Assembly: GCA_951406725.2 (NCBI GenBank)
Contig: OX597820.1
Span: forward strand, 77,252,001 to 77,316,000
Source: Octopus vulgaris
Lineage: Eukaryota
Reading direction: 5' to 3'
DNA length: 64,000 nt
Positions 27,961-42,105 of this stretch are shown in pieces; position 1 is the first letter of the stretch; each line of letters opens with the position of its first letter. Under the pieces are notes generated by a model. That model was not told the DNA's origin. It saw only the letters and a list, made by a program, of their open reading frames with translations, and did no database searches. The translations under genes and the position numbers were made by a program.

Positions 27961-29749
27961 TGCATGCATACATACATACATGCATACATACATACGTGTT
28001 TGAGTGTATGTGTGTGGGAAGAGACAAAAAGAGCGATAAATGGAAAGAGAGAGGCGGATAGACATACATAGTTACGTTACATATGGATAAGGTCTTCAAT
28101 ACGTCTAAAAGTGAGAATAAATACTACGGACTCATTTTCCATTCACCGTATTATAGTCCTGGATTATTTTAAAATGTATATCATAATAACATGAAAAGAT
28201 TTCCAAAATAACCTATGACATGAGTTCCTGCACAATACAATGTTCAGAAAATAAAACGCAGAAGAGATTAGAGAATAAAAGAGGTTTGGTTATGTTGTAT
28301 ATGAATAAATTAATAATGAAATTATGCTTTCTAGTGTTGATAATAATCTTCAATCTTAAAACCAGTGAAATAATCGACTACGTTGTTCAGTCGTATTACT
28401 GATGTTCAGTTCCAGTGTGGATTGAGAGGATCTTTGATTATAAACGTTCCAACCATGACATACCTGCATTACTTTTCGAGACTAGGTTAGTATAATTTCC
28501 GAAGTATTCTACGTTTTTTTAACATGTTCAGATTGTAAAATTTGGTTGACACGGATCTCAAGAAAAGCGATAAACTGAGGTCTCTCGAACAGCTCGGTAG
28601 CCTTCTCATATTATTGTAATATGATGACAGTGATGCAAAAGAATAGAACTTTAAAAGTTCAATCAATTTAATTTTAAAAGTACATAGCCTAAGGTATCAC
28701 GAGTCAACAAAACAAAAAAAAAACAATATTTGTTTTATATGAGATAAAATTAGCCCTGTCTGCGGATTATTAACGCCGACATTAAACCTGTTTTTAGATT
28801 TTCCTACCGTAATTTTGTTTAGGTGTCGGCTTATTGTTTTCATATGTTTCAATTCCGAATATTCAAGCTTCACTAACTAAAATGTAGCAAGTATTTTTAT
28901 ATTATTAAAAGGCAACACACAGCATATAAGTAACGATACTATACAGAATTAATATTCACCTCGTATTTATATAAAAGCTGGACTTAGAAACAATTGAAAT
29001 AAGACTGTATATAGTTTACAGGTTCTCAGAATTGTTGTACGTTTTCCTCTCATAAACTCTGTTTATGTCATATTAATACGACAGGCCATACTACTCTTAT
29101 TCATTAAATTTGCCATGTTAACAGCACATAGATAAGGTATGTTTGTGGGCTGGACATAGTCATTGATTAGGCGAATGATTATGATACAAACATGATAAAG
29201 GTGGGAGAAGACAGAAAGCGCCCGCCGACCCTCTGCTTCTCTAAAACATTGTTCTTTAAAAACGCATATACAGAAGTATTAACTCTATTAGAATTTAAAA
29301 TACAATATATTTGGACTAAAAATTCCATACACTTATAAAACAATTTATACACAAATTGGAGGCGATAAACCTCTACAATTCTTCTCCGAGTAATTTTCTT
29401 GCAACTTGCAGGTATTCCTGCAACAGCAATCCGGGTCTCCAAAAAATAATTCTATAATTCTCGTTTTTACAGGAGTCAATTATCAGATCACAGTGTTTCA
29501 CAAACATTTCACATATCAATAATACACAACATAGGTTTAAAAGTTACAACATCGTAGGTGGTGGGCATTTTTTGTTGCAATATGTAGTCTGAATTATCTA
29601 AGCGCTTAAAATGAAAGCTGTTTGCAAAGAATGAATGCGAACACTTAAACGGAAAACGTCATGGATTTGTTTAACGAAACATAATTGAATTAGAAAACTA
29701 TGGCGGTCCTGTGGTAATTATGCTGAAACATATATCAAAGTAATATTAC

Positions 29750-30135
29750 TCTTTACTCTTTTACTTGTTTCAGTCATTTGACTGCGGCCATGCTGGAGCA
29801 CCGCCTTTAGTCGAGCAACTCGACCCCAGGACTTATTCTTTTTGTAAGCCCAGTACTTATTCTATCGGTCTCTTTTTGCCGAACCGCTAAGTGACGGGGA
29901 CGTAAACACCAGCATCAGTTGTCAAACAATGCTAGGGGGACAAACACAGACACACAAACACACACACATATATATATACATATATACGACAGGCTTCTTT
30001 CAGTTTCCGTCTACCAAATCCACTCACAAGGCATTGGTCGGCCCGGGGCTATAGCAGAAGACACTTGCCCAATATGCCACGCAGTGGGACTGAACCCGGA
30101 ACCATGTGGTTGGTTAGCAAGCTACTTACCACATT
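29750..30135 (-). mobile_element. SINE family C, full length
   Basis: Cleanest copy: tail TACTCTTTTACTTGTTTCAGTC through head GGACTGAACCCGGAACCATGTGG. Confidence 0.9.
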
Positions 30136-30224
30136 CATATGCAAGATTTATTTAAACTTAATTGTAACAGAGACAGCAGACATGATAGTTTCTACCAGAG
30201 GTAGAGAACCTGGAATTTTCTGAG

Positions 30225-30545
30225 TGGAGGCTCAGTTGCTTTTATTTTCTTGAAAAAATGAAAGGAAATTGGCCCTGGCGGACTTGAACTCAAAGCGTAA
30301 AACTGGAAGAAATGCCTGTAAGTCTTTTGTCTGACACGCTAATGATTCTACCATTTTTCTGTCTTAGAAATATTTTTCTACTCTAGGCACAAGGCCGGAA
30401 ATTTTGGGGGAGGAAGCCAGTCAATTAGATTGACGCCAGTACGCAACTGGTACGTAATTTATCGATTCTGAAAGGATGAAAAGCAAAGTCGACCTCAGTG
30501 AAATTTGAACTGAGAACGTAAAGACAGACGAAATTGCCGCCTTAG
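30225..30545 (-). mobile_element. Two tandem SINE family A copies
   Basis: GAAAGG..GACTTGAACTCA and GGATGAAAAGCAAAGTCGACC..AGACGAAAT motifs. Confidence 0.75.
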
Positions 30546-31965
30546 AAGCAGCTAACGTAATGATGGTTTACATCCAGTAACATTTAGATTTTAATAATAA
30601 ATATGATCAATGATAACTTTTTATACCTAAAAATTTTTTTTAATAAATTGCTTGACGAATGTATAAGTTGTCACGTTTAATTTTAGTTGAAATGTAAAAC
30701 TAATCAATTGAATAAAATACACGAGAATTTTTATTTAATTTCTATAAGCAATGACTAAATATTTCATAGTAGACTAATTGTGAACTATGTAAAACGAGAG
30801 AGTACGCCAACAAGATATAAACATTTTTGAAGATATTCAGAAACAATATTTTTCCGGAAAATAGGGGGTATAAAAGCGATAATTGAAATATTTGAGGGGA
30901 GGTTTATAAAGACATGACGAGGGATATTTACATGATAAGATTATGCTAGGATATATTTTTTAAAGAGTTATGCAAGTGTGGATAGTGATAAATAATAATA
31001 AATAGAGAGTAAGGAACTGCTATCTAAATCCTGTAGTTTTTCGACTACAATGAAAGAAGTGAATTGAATGTATTTTTAATGTGTTTAGGAATATAAAGAC
31101 AACAGAATAGTTGCTTATCAATCGGGCACAATAAATTACCTGAATAAATGCAATTAGAACAGCAAAGTACACAGATAAGCCACTATAATCAAATCTAATG
31201 ATATAACAACCATTTGTGATATCAGAGAGCTTCCTAGATGCAACCATATGATGGATGTTAAGGTATCTCGCATTGTTCTTCGTAAGAGATAATGAAACGA
31301 CAGAGAAATAATTGAATTCGACACTTTTAGAATCGCAATTCAATACACTGCTGTACGCTAACAGAGAACTATGTATTTTGTTCTACGTTCTTCTTTAAAT
31401 GAAGGGCAAGACTCGGATCATTAGGTTCTACACTCATTGGGGAAAATAAAGCAGCCAATGCATACATAGCAAACAACATATGCTTTTGAAATCCATGGGA
31501 TTTCTTCGAATTTTGCTATTTTCCCATAATATGTAAAGCTCCGATCCGTGGCGATAAATTTCAATATACTATATAAACTGAAATAAAAATAATATATCTG
31601 AGAAAAATAAATGTTATCAGAAAAAACAAAACCACCAAAGATATATTCAAATATTTTGATAAAGTGTGTACTGAGTAGTTTAAACGGTGATATAATCCTA
31701 GATGTCATATTACAAAACCTTAATGAAAGCAGAAGGTAATAGTATAAAATATTCACAGAGATGATGAAATATCAAACTGAGAAAGAAATATATATCACTG
31801 CTCCTTCATTATTTTATCTTATGAATAACTTGTCCTTTATATAAAGCAGTTTTGTGATTTTCGATATACGGAATTTTCTGATGAGCGAGAAAGAATAATG
31901 TATTTCAACAGCAAACACTTACAATCTCTTTCCTCTCTCTCTCTCTCTCTCTTTCCACACACACA

Positions 31966-32059
<94 letters not shown>

Positions 32060-32236
32060 AATTGGGATGCATAAAATACTACAAAGCATACGCGTAGTCA
32101 GATGCTAACTAGAACCCTAATACTTCAGTTATCCACCGAAAATCACTAATAACTAGTTTTACAACATTAGCGATAAAATTAGGAACTTTGTGGAATATCG
32201 TCGATACACGCTAGATTTATGCATTATTTGGGTTGA

Positions 32237-32281
<45 letters not shown>

Positions 32282-32470
32282 ACAGAAGACAGTTACGAGT
32301 AAGGCAACAACAAGCAGTTTGTATTTGTGTGAGGCTCAAGAAAAATGAAAATATATAGGCAGCGGTGGAATACCTATTAATTATCCCTTAAGGATCATAT
32401 TTACTATTGCACGCTGTATTCCCAACAAAATATATCTAGGATCTTTAATCGACATTAAGCACATATTAGT

Positions 32471-32531
<61 letters not shown>

Positions 32532-33872
32532 TCTAACTCTAATACTAAACGAAATTCTACCGCGCAGCTAACTTATATCCACCATCTTGATGACAAAGAG
32601 TATATCCTATAATATTTCTTGGCTTGTAATTAAGACTGGAATACTTTCCCATGGAAGTCAGCTATCATATAATCTATGCTGCCGAGAAGCCCTAGAAGCT
32701 TTATGTGAGAATGAACGCCTTCTCATTAACAAATTCTGTGAGGTAGTTACCTTCTGCTACCATACATTTTACAAATCTTTTTATCGTTACCACAAATCGA
32801 TCTGATCACATCGACGGCGGTTTGTAATATTGCATCTATTTCAACGTTAGACTTTCTATTTTCTCACATAACTATTTGCTCCCCAACAGGTCTTCTGCAT
32901 ATCTACGTTATGTAGTTGCCCTCCCTTGTTTCTTTAAACGTTAAGCTTCGTTTGCAAATATCTTATTTATCTCACGAATCATTTTTTTCCTTTTCTTTTG
33001 TATGTCTGTTGTCCGTACACCCTGTTAGTTACTCACCATCGTATTCCGTGTCTCACTATACACTTCCTATACAAAATACATGCAATAGACGCAACTGCTA
33101 CAATTTTACAGATCTTATCTCATTACAGTTTGATGGGGTTTAATATATTTGTCTTATATTCCCTATTCCTTCAATAGCTACCGATAACATATTTTTTTTT
33201 ATCAACTGCTTAAATCTACTGTTCAAGAACTTAGTGTCTAACACTTGTATCCAGAGAGTGGGCCTCTTACTCCAGCCGATTGGCCTTTTTAGAATTCCGA
33301 AATACTCTTTACTGTATTTTGCTTTCTCCTTATTTCTTTGCTCTTTGAATTACCTCTTTCCTTGAAGCCCAGCCTACCTGAAGCTGTATTTCCTTTCACA
33401 TTACTATCATACAAACTATATTCTATTTTCACGTTTTCTGACCTAATTTTATACCTTTCATTACAAGTAGTCTGTTACATCTCTCCCTTTAAACAATTTA
33501 TTAAAGCTCATAATTTTTAAACAATAACTCTGTTGATACATTCAACATTAGCTTTTGAAGACAATGTTGTGAATTTGATGCTCCATGATACTCAAGTTAT
33601 CTACATTCCTGATAGTTGATACCATATTCGCCTATTTGTTTATGAGTAATGTCTTAAAATTACACCTGTTTACATAATATGCATCCTATCACCAAACATT
33701 CATTGATAATTTGAAACAGATGTAAAGACATGATCACTCCAGCTAAGTAAAAAATATTATATAAATACATTCTTTTACTTGTAATTATCCGTCGTCGTCT
33801 TTTATGTGCATACATATACAAATATACACACCCATGCATATATAAATATAGGTATATACACACACATATAAA

Positions 33873-33937
<65 letters not shown>

Positions 33938-33941
<4 letters not shown>

Positions 33942-34125
33942 CGTATATTTGCCTTTTGAATATGGCTAACCCCTATATGGCTACTGTAATTTGTAGCACC
34001 AGGAGGACACCTCCTCCAGCTGGCTATAGACACACTTTCTGGAGGAGGTGTCCTCCTGTGGCTACAAACTACAGTAGCATCCACCCTTAGGGGTTAGCCA
34101 TATTCAAATGGCAAATATACGTCAC
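33938..34125. mobile_element. Foldback MITE, about 188 bp
   Basis: Termini GTGACGTATATTTGCC / GGCAAATATACGTCAC; arms pair almost to the centre (AGGAGGACACCTCCTCCAG / CTGGAGGAGGTGTCCTCCT); sits at the edge of a (TA)n tract. Confidence 0.85.
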
Positions 34126-35245
34126 GATGTGTTGCTGCTACTGTTTATAACTCGCTCTGAGATTTATCATTATATATATATATGCAATGTATGTATGTAT
34201 TTACATATAACATATGTGGGTGTATTGTGCATTATTGTATTTGTAAAACCGGTAAAATCTAGAAATTGTAAATGAAATCAGGGATTATTGTAAACAATCT
34301 TGCTTAAAAACACGGACATTAGAGCAAAAAAAGAATCCTATTCTGTTTTTGAATTTACACAACATACGAATAAAAATGAATAAAATTACGGGTGTCGCCT
34401 TATTCGGTTCTTGTGTAACTGTTGTGTCCATAGTTTGATTGGAGTCTTATCTTCAGAATGAAAAACCAGCAATTTTGAAAAGCGGTAACAAAAAAACATT
34501 ACATTAAAACGAAAAAGACAATGGACAGCCAGTCTGATAGGATCAGTGACAGAATGTTAATAGCTATGTTAAGAGGTCAACGAAAATGATTATTGTAATA
34601 ATCCCCATACTGTGTCTATCAATCGAAATTGTATGATTTGCAAATCTAAAATGTTGTTTATTCTAACGCCGCTGCACATTATTTTGTTGGGAGAACATTA
34701 TAATTGAAATATTTTTTTCTATTGTATTGACGTCATTGAACACTAAATCATGAATAGAATTACTGTTACCGCTCAGATTTCTAACAAATAGGTCTAATGT
34801 AAATAATGTAAATAACGGATGTAATCAAGACCAAGAGTTTGAAATATCATACTCCTATGTTTACCAAATATATTATCGATATAATTTAATTTCAAAATTA
34901 TTGTTTTTTAGCCGTATTTTGCCGTATTTACTCTCTCTCTCTCTCTCTTTCTCAATCTCTCTCATTATTCCTCCTCCCCCTCTCTATTTTTCTCCTTTTT
35001 GCTCTCTCGTTATTCTCTCCGAGGGATAAATATTTCCATAGAGGATTTTATCTTGTATGTTCTTATGCATACCATTTCACCCAGGATCGTTTTCCAGACT
35101 GATGTCACTCGCCACTCAAAGGTACAAAGTAGTCCATTTTTGTATTGATCATGCAAGATACGCCAGAAAATTAATGCCATCCATTCATTTTGAATAGGTC
35201 TAAATTTTTGGACTTGTTGGAATCATGTTATAATGCTGTTTCGAT

Positions 35246-35323
35246 GACTCCCACTGGAGAAGTTCCACCTAGACTCCCACTGGAGAAGTTCCACCTAGAC
35301 TCCCACTGGAGAAGTTCCACCTA
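35246..35323. repeat. 26-bp tandem repeat x3
   Basis: GACTCCCACTGGAGAAGTTCCACCTA repeated three times. Confidence 0.95.
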
Positions 35324-35579
35324 TACACACTTGTCTTCGTTTTACAAGATGAAACATTTTCTTTTAGACTTAATGTCATGTTGATTCTATAAAATACTGA
35401 ATAATACAAATTCTCATATCCTTCCGGTGAAGTCCGCTACAATTCTGAATATTTGTAAATTGAAGTTGTAACGATATGAAGGTAATCTCGCTGAATTGAG
35501 CATGTATTTTCTATGGTATTAAATACAATTTTTGTCTTTGTTATGTATGTTCGCACAGCATTGACATGGAAATATACAG

Positions 35580-36500
35580 AATGGCCGCGTAGCGAATGTT
35601 CCCATTTCTAATAATGCCTAACAAGGGAAGATCGCCAAAATGCTTGCTATTGAATGGCATCGGGAAGACGAATGGAGATGTCCAAGAGCTGTGGAACCAA
35701 TTTCCCAAGAATCCTGGGCCGAATCGAAACTTGCCAATGGAAGATCACTTGAGCCGACTTACTGCCAGCGGAATATCACGGATTTCCCAACGTTTACAAA
35801 TTTACAGACTTTTATCAGAAGAGAGGAGCTGTTTTGCATGCTTCAAGAGCAAAGTGGCTAATTTGGGCACATATTGTGAGTATAAAACGGACCTTACTTA
35901 AGATAGAATTGGAGCCCAGACGATATGTCTGTTGAAAAGTCTATTGTGTTCATTCACACACTGGAGCAACAGGGAATCAAGAAACGCGAAACATGTTTGA
36001 AAATATTCCTGTCACTAAGATTCGTTGGAATAGGAACAAGGTTGTCAACAGCAGTAGCAAAACAAGTATTTTACTACAGAGTGCCAAATCATGAGAGGTG
36101 AAGATATACCCAGTGGAATAGCTGCCGATCCACAATGCCGACCCTGACAACCCTGAGCATAATGTAAATTTTTGTCCCAAGAATGAAGAAAATATAATGG
36201 GTGAACTGATAGCCTCAAAGGAAGAAGAGAGCCGTCAATGGTAACGCAAAGGATGCAGAACTGCATTTCAGTATTACACTGTGAGGTAGGCATGGTTAAT
36301 CCTAGTCAAGTTTGGTTAGAGACGATTCCACATAATCAGAGTCAAGAATGCTTAGATATACTGGAATAAAAGAGGAAAAGAAAAAATTCAGTTGCTAAGA
36401 GGTAGGAGGAATAGTCTACTGCTGATAATGAATGAAGGAAAAGATTAGCTAGAAGACAGAAAAGGAATATGGCTGGCGTTTTCGCCAGCGTTGTCAACGC
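35580..36500 (+). pseudogene. Probable degenerate retroelement ORF1/gag with zinc knuckle
   Basis: 36136-36175 reads C-R-P-[C]-D-N-P-E-H-N-V-N-F-C (CX2CX4HX4C) after restoring a 2-nt deletion; boundaries approximate. Confidence 0.45.
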
Positions 36501-36606
36501 CCTAACTATGGCCATCATGCTTCATGATCCAGACAGAAAAGATCGATAGACACAGCTCCACGACACTTACTCACTCTGGTCAAATCTAGATTTATAAACA
36601 TATATG

Positions 36607-36645
<39 letters not shown>

Positions 36646-36649
<4 letters not shown>

Positions 36650-37235
36650 GTTATCGCCATACTAATATGGCATTCTTATAAAAATAAGAATAAAGCTGTC
36701 CGCTTATTAGCTCCATGAGGCCATCGCCTTAAGTTAGCTATTTGATACACAAACTGTATCCATATAACCTTCGAACAAGAGAGGTCAGTCGCTCCACACT
36801 ACTTGACCGGCAGCTACAGACGCGTTTCGGGGTATTGCCCCTTTTCAATGCAGCGTAGCCAGACCAGTAGGTGTCGCTTCTGACAATCTCTGTTCGAAGG
36901 TTTTATTTACTTAGGTTCGGTGGAATACATCCACTTGTTTTCAATAATAGAAATATGAAAATTATTAAGTCTCTCTAAAAGAGAACACGGCAGCGTTCCC
37001 GGAAAATAATAGTTATCGCCATACTAATATGGCATTCTTATAAAAATAAGAATAAAGCTGTCCGCTTATTAGCTCCATGAAAATTATTAAGTCTCTCTAA
37101 AAGAGAACACGGCAGCGTTCCCGGAAAATAATAGTTATCGCCATACTAATATGGCATTCTTATAAAAATAAGAATAAAGCTGTCCGCTTATTAGCTCCAT
37201 GACGCCATCGCCTTATGTTAGCTATTTGATACACA
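36646..37235 (-). mobile_element. HHR-containing 362-bp unit with terminal direct repeats (Penelope pLTR / retrozyme-like)
   Basis: AATAGTTATCGCCATACTAATATGGC starts at 36646, 37008 and 37130 (spacings 362 and 122 bp); begins at a (TA)n edge. Confidence 0.7.
36814..36853 (-). ncRNA. Minimal type I hammerhead ribozyme, U3-A8 variant, structurally intact
   Basis: Minus strand CTGCA | TTGAAAA | GGGG CAATA CCCC | GAA ACGCGT C | TGTAG: 5-bp stem I (one G-U), 4-bp stem II, palindromic helix III, GUC site. Confidence 0.82.
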
Positions 37236-37251
37236 AGAGAAAGGAAAAGTG

Positions 37252-37291
37252 TCACTGAAGAGGTCACAGTTGTGTGACAAAAAATTTCCGG
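37252..37291 (+). ncRNA. Degenerate HHR motif (G12A)
   Basis: CTGAAGAG | GTCACA GTTG TGTGAC | AAA AAATTT C; stem II arms identical to the 38742 motif; stem I broken. Confidence 0.5.
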
Positions 37292-37369
37292 AAAAATAAT
37301 AAAAATAAGAACAGAAATGAGCAAGAGAAGAAAAATATATAGTGCATGTGTATGACCATCACGAAATGA

Positions 37370-37458
<89 letters not shown>

Positions 37459-37548
37459 TGTGTATGTGTGTGTGTGTGTGACTGCGTGTGTACCGTTGGC
37501 GATTTTTTTCCCTCTGTCCTCCCTTCTCTGGATCTTTCTTTCTCCTAT

Positions 37549-37583
37549 GTTTCCGACGAAAAGCTCCGCTCGAAACGTTATAC
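37549..37583 (+). ncRNA. Degenerate minimal HHR motif (U4C)
   Basis: GTTT | CCGACGAA | AAGC TCC GCTC | GAA ACGT T | ATAC; one mismatch each in stems I and II. Confidence 0.5.
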
Positions 37584-37695
37584 CCTTCTTCCTTCCTTCT
37601 TTCCTGAGCGTCCAATAATACTATATTTGTTCCACGTCCTCGCGTTGTTGTGTTTTTTTGTGCTTTCATGTTTGGATTAACTTTATATATATATA

Positions 37696-37742
<47 letters not shown>

Positions 37743-37886
37743 ATATAATAATAAGAGTAAATAATTTCTATAATGGTTTTTAAAAATGACCACAATTATT
37801 TACTGGTAAAATTCGGTATGTATCTATAGCCGATTAACGGTAGGGACTTCTGTAAAGTTCAGTATATATATTGTATATAAGAAAAA

Positions 37887-38436
<550 letters not shown>

Positions 38437-38613
38437 GTTTAAATATTTGTTGTGCAAGATTTTTTATGTGAAGTCGTGTGTTGAAACAGATATTGTTATA
38501 TTTCGGAATGGTCATATTGCCAGTTTAGCCAATAAAAACACACGCACTATATATTTTATGTTATTTTGCTTCAGTGTTATTTATTTTTTACATTAATCTT
38601 AATCTTATTTCGG

Positions 38614-38653
38614 CCAGAGTTCTTTCGTCACACTCCTGTGACCGCATCAGTGG
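38614..38653 (-). ncRNA. HHR-like motif (core CUGAUGC-G), inverted copy
   Basis: Exact reverse complement of 38742-38781. Confidence 0.6.
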
Positions 38654-38741
38654 TCCTTTGTTTTCTTCTTTCTTATTTCTTATACAAAATGGCTGACGGT
38701 TAGTAAGGAGAGACACAAATAAGAAAGAAGAAAACAAAGGA

Positions 38742-38781
38742 CCACTGATGCGGTCACAGGAGTGTGACGAAAGAACTCTGG
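38742..38781 (+). ncRNA. HHR-like motif (core CUGAUGC-G)
   Basis: CCA | CTGATGCG | GTCACA GGAG TGTGAC | GAA AG AA CT C | TGG. Confidence 0.6.
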
Positions 38782-38904
38782 CCGAAATAAGATTAAGATT
38801 AATGTAAACAATAAATAACACTAAATCAAAATAACACCAAATATATAGTACGTGTGTTTTTATTGGCTAGACTGGCAATATGACCATTCCGAAATATAAC
38901 AATT

Positions 38905-38973
<69 letters not shown>

Positions 38974-39007
38974 ACTTTATTTAAAAGCAGCAGAAATACA
39001 GCAAAAG

Positions 39008-39100
39008 CTGTTACTCAGAATTTCACGTTCCCGTGCGTCGGACAGTTTGTTTTTAAGAAAAACTGTCCGACGCACAGGAACGTGAAACTCTGAGTAACAG
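39008..39100. ncRNA. Inverted pair of HHR-like motifs (39008-39045 minus, 39063-39100 plus), core CCGACGC
   Basis: CTGT | CCGACGC | AC(A/G) GGAA CGT | GAA ACTC T GAGT A | ACAG; lies within inverted arms spanning about 38976-39132. Confidence 0.55.
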
Positions 39101-39221
39101 CTTTTGTTATATTTCTGTTGCTTTTAAATAAAGCATATTACTCTACCTCTGGTACTTGAGTCCCCTTTTTCTACCTTGTTTCACATTTCTGTGCTTACTC
39201 CGGCATATATATGTATGTATA

Positions 39222-39300
<79 letters not shown>

Positions 39301-39704
39301 GTTTTTCCACTATTACGACTACTCTGCGTAGGTTAATTCGATAAACAGCACACCTTTGGAAGAAGTAAACAATTCTTTTCCGCATGGATTGCCTTATGCT
39401 AATTTCACACAAATACACTCACACAGCGACCTGCTCTCACATCACATACACACAAACACACATTTTATATATAATCATCATGGGTTTCAGTGTTTCAAGT
39501 CATGTAAAAATATAAAAAAATATTTTATGACACGAACAGATACTGAATTCGTTGTTAAGAATATTTTCTTTATTCATACAAAACTTCAAACGTTGAATAT
39601 GTTTAATTCCACAAAATCAACTATGCGTATAACTATTCAACGCGTGTACGTATTCACACATATACGTTTGGGTGGTAGTATATATACGTGTATATGTATG
39701 TATG

Positions 39705-40115
<411 letters not shown>

Positions 40116-40182
40116 TAATTTGTATTTGCACATGTACGTATATGCGTATGTAAGTATATGTAAGTAAAATATATTTTTTGGG

Positions 40183-40215
<33 letters not shown>

Positions 40216-40632
40216 CGTATATGTGTGTTTGCGAATTTATTAGCTGATAGGAGTGAAATAAGATGGTTTACAGCTGGATAGAAATGAAAATGGTGCTGCT
40301 GATTTTACGACTATAAACGTTTGAGGAAGAAAAGTTGGGAGAATGTGAATAAATCGCATAGAATAACAACATTATATAAACGAAAGAAGTTTCAAAGAAC
40401 TCATTGCAAGAAAAGAAAACGAAATTGCACTGAATGTTTATTTCACAAATATAGAAGATATAAGGAACTGATTACAGTTGTACCCATAAAGCAAAATTGG
40501 TTCTGGCATCATTCCATGTAATCCTTCACAGCTACTCCATAATTAACGAAGCACTATATTTCCGTCAACTTCATCACCAATATATGTATATGGTATAATA
40601 TATTGTTATTTTATTTCGTACATAAGCACACA

Positions 40633-40717
<85 letters not shown>

Positions 40718-40816
40718 CGTTAGATTTACTTCAACATTTAAATTTAATTTGCCAAAGTATTTTCGTCGCTTTGAGATTCAACCAGTTCGCAATTCCGAAC
40801 TGCATATCTATATCTA

Positions 40817-40871
<55 letters not shown>

Positions 40872-41013
40872 TACTGAGGTGTACTTGCATAGCAAGTGAC
40901 TTGATCTGAGATCGTGTGCTGGAACGAAAACAATTGCAGCGTGGAAGGTGTTTATAAGCCATTTAAGAAACACACAAAACTGTTAGATTCACTACAACAT
41001 TTAAATTTAATTT

Positions 41014-41055
41014 GTCAAAATATTTTCGTCGCTTTGAGACCGCGACCTGTTCACT
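41014..41055 (-). ncRNA. HHR-like motif, G3-C8 variant, 5' arm of stem I truncated
   Basis: Minus strand A | GTGAACAG | GTCGC GGTCTCAAA GCGAC | GAA AATATT T | TGAC; a partial second copy lies at about 40748-40775. Confidence 0.6.
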
Positions 41056-42018
41056 ATATATATGTATACGAGCGTGAGTCAAAAAGTAATATCATTTTAT
41101 ATGGGAGGCCTCATGAATGATCATAGTAAGAGGGGAGAAGAACATGGAAACGTTACAACGCCAACGTAATGACCGTTACAATATCTCGAAGCTCCTTAAT
41201 TCATTGTCGTTTCTCCAGGAAGCAATTTCTGTGTTATGTATTGTATGCAGAACAGTATTTTGCTCCACATATTTGTATTGCTAATCTATCAATCAGATAT
41301 ATGAGCAACTTACTTATTACTGATGTTATAAGAAATAACAAGAATTATTATGCTATTAATGCCTATCATAAAATTTGGAATGCATGTTTGGTAGATTTCC
41401 TTTCAGGAAATAAAATGGACATAAAATTGAAGTGAATAGCGCATTATAAATCTGATATTGACGAACAATTTTTTACCAAATATGTCGGTCACATCTATAA
41501 TAACATGTGCATGTGTACATATATGTGTGTTGTAGGTGTGTATATATATGTAGAGGTTTCTATGCATATATGTAAATAATTACACACACGAAAGCACACA
41601 CACACATGGTTTTTCTTGTGCATTTTATGTGCGGTTGTGTGTGTATGCAAGCGTGTATGCAGGTATGTATATATCTTTTGGCAAATGTGTTGGTGAGCAT
41701 GTGTGTGTTTCAAATGAGGGAGAATGAGTATATACTTATAGGCGCATATACGTGGGTTTGCGAGCGCGCATGTATAGGTATGTACATGACCGCTTACACG
41801 ATTGCTATGAACATTTTTTCTCCATTATATTTACTCCCTCCCCTTACTTATCTTTCATTCTGAATGCTCTTTTGTCTTAATAACAATCAATTAGACAGTG
41901 ATTTCCTTTTTCTTAACGGTCATTTTCATAGCACTTTTTCGATGGCCGGATAAATGAAGAGATGGCGGCGTGGTTTTCCACTCCGACATCCGAATCTCGG
42001 ATGGCTGCCGAATAATTG

Positions 42019-42105
<87 letters not shown>

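Larger units (their letters stand above)
38490..38902. mobile_element. Inverted Penelope-like terminal fragments with two opposed HHR motifs
   Basis: About 38490-38680 pairs with about 38718-38902; (TA)n nearby on both sides; the outer part is related to 18590-18700. Confidence 0.75.

Noticed and set aside
31020-31756. Two hydrophobic minus-strand ORFs
   Set aside because: Composition expected from AT-rich random sequence; no motif.
35246-35323. 26-bp repeats as a CRISPR array
   Set aside because: No spacers, eukaryotic context, no cas genes.
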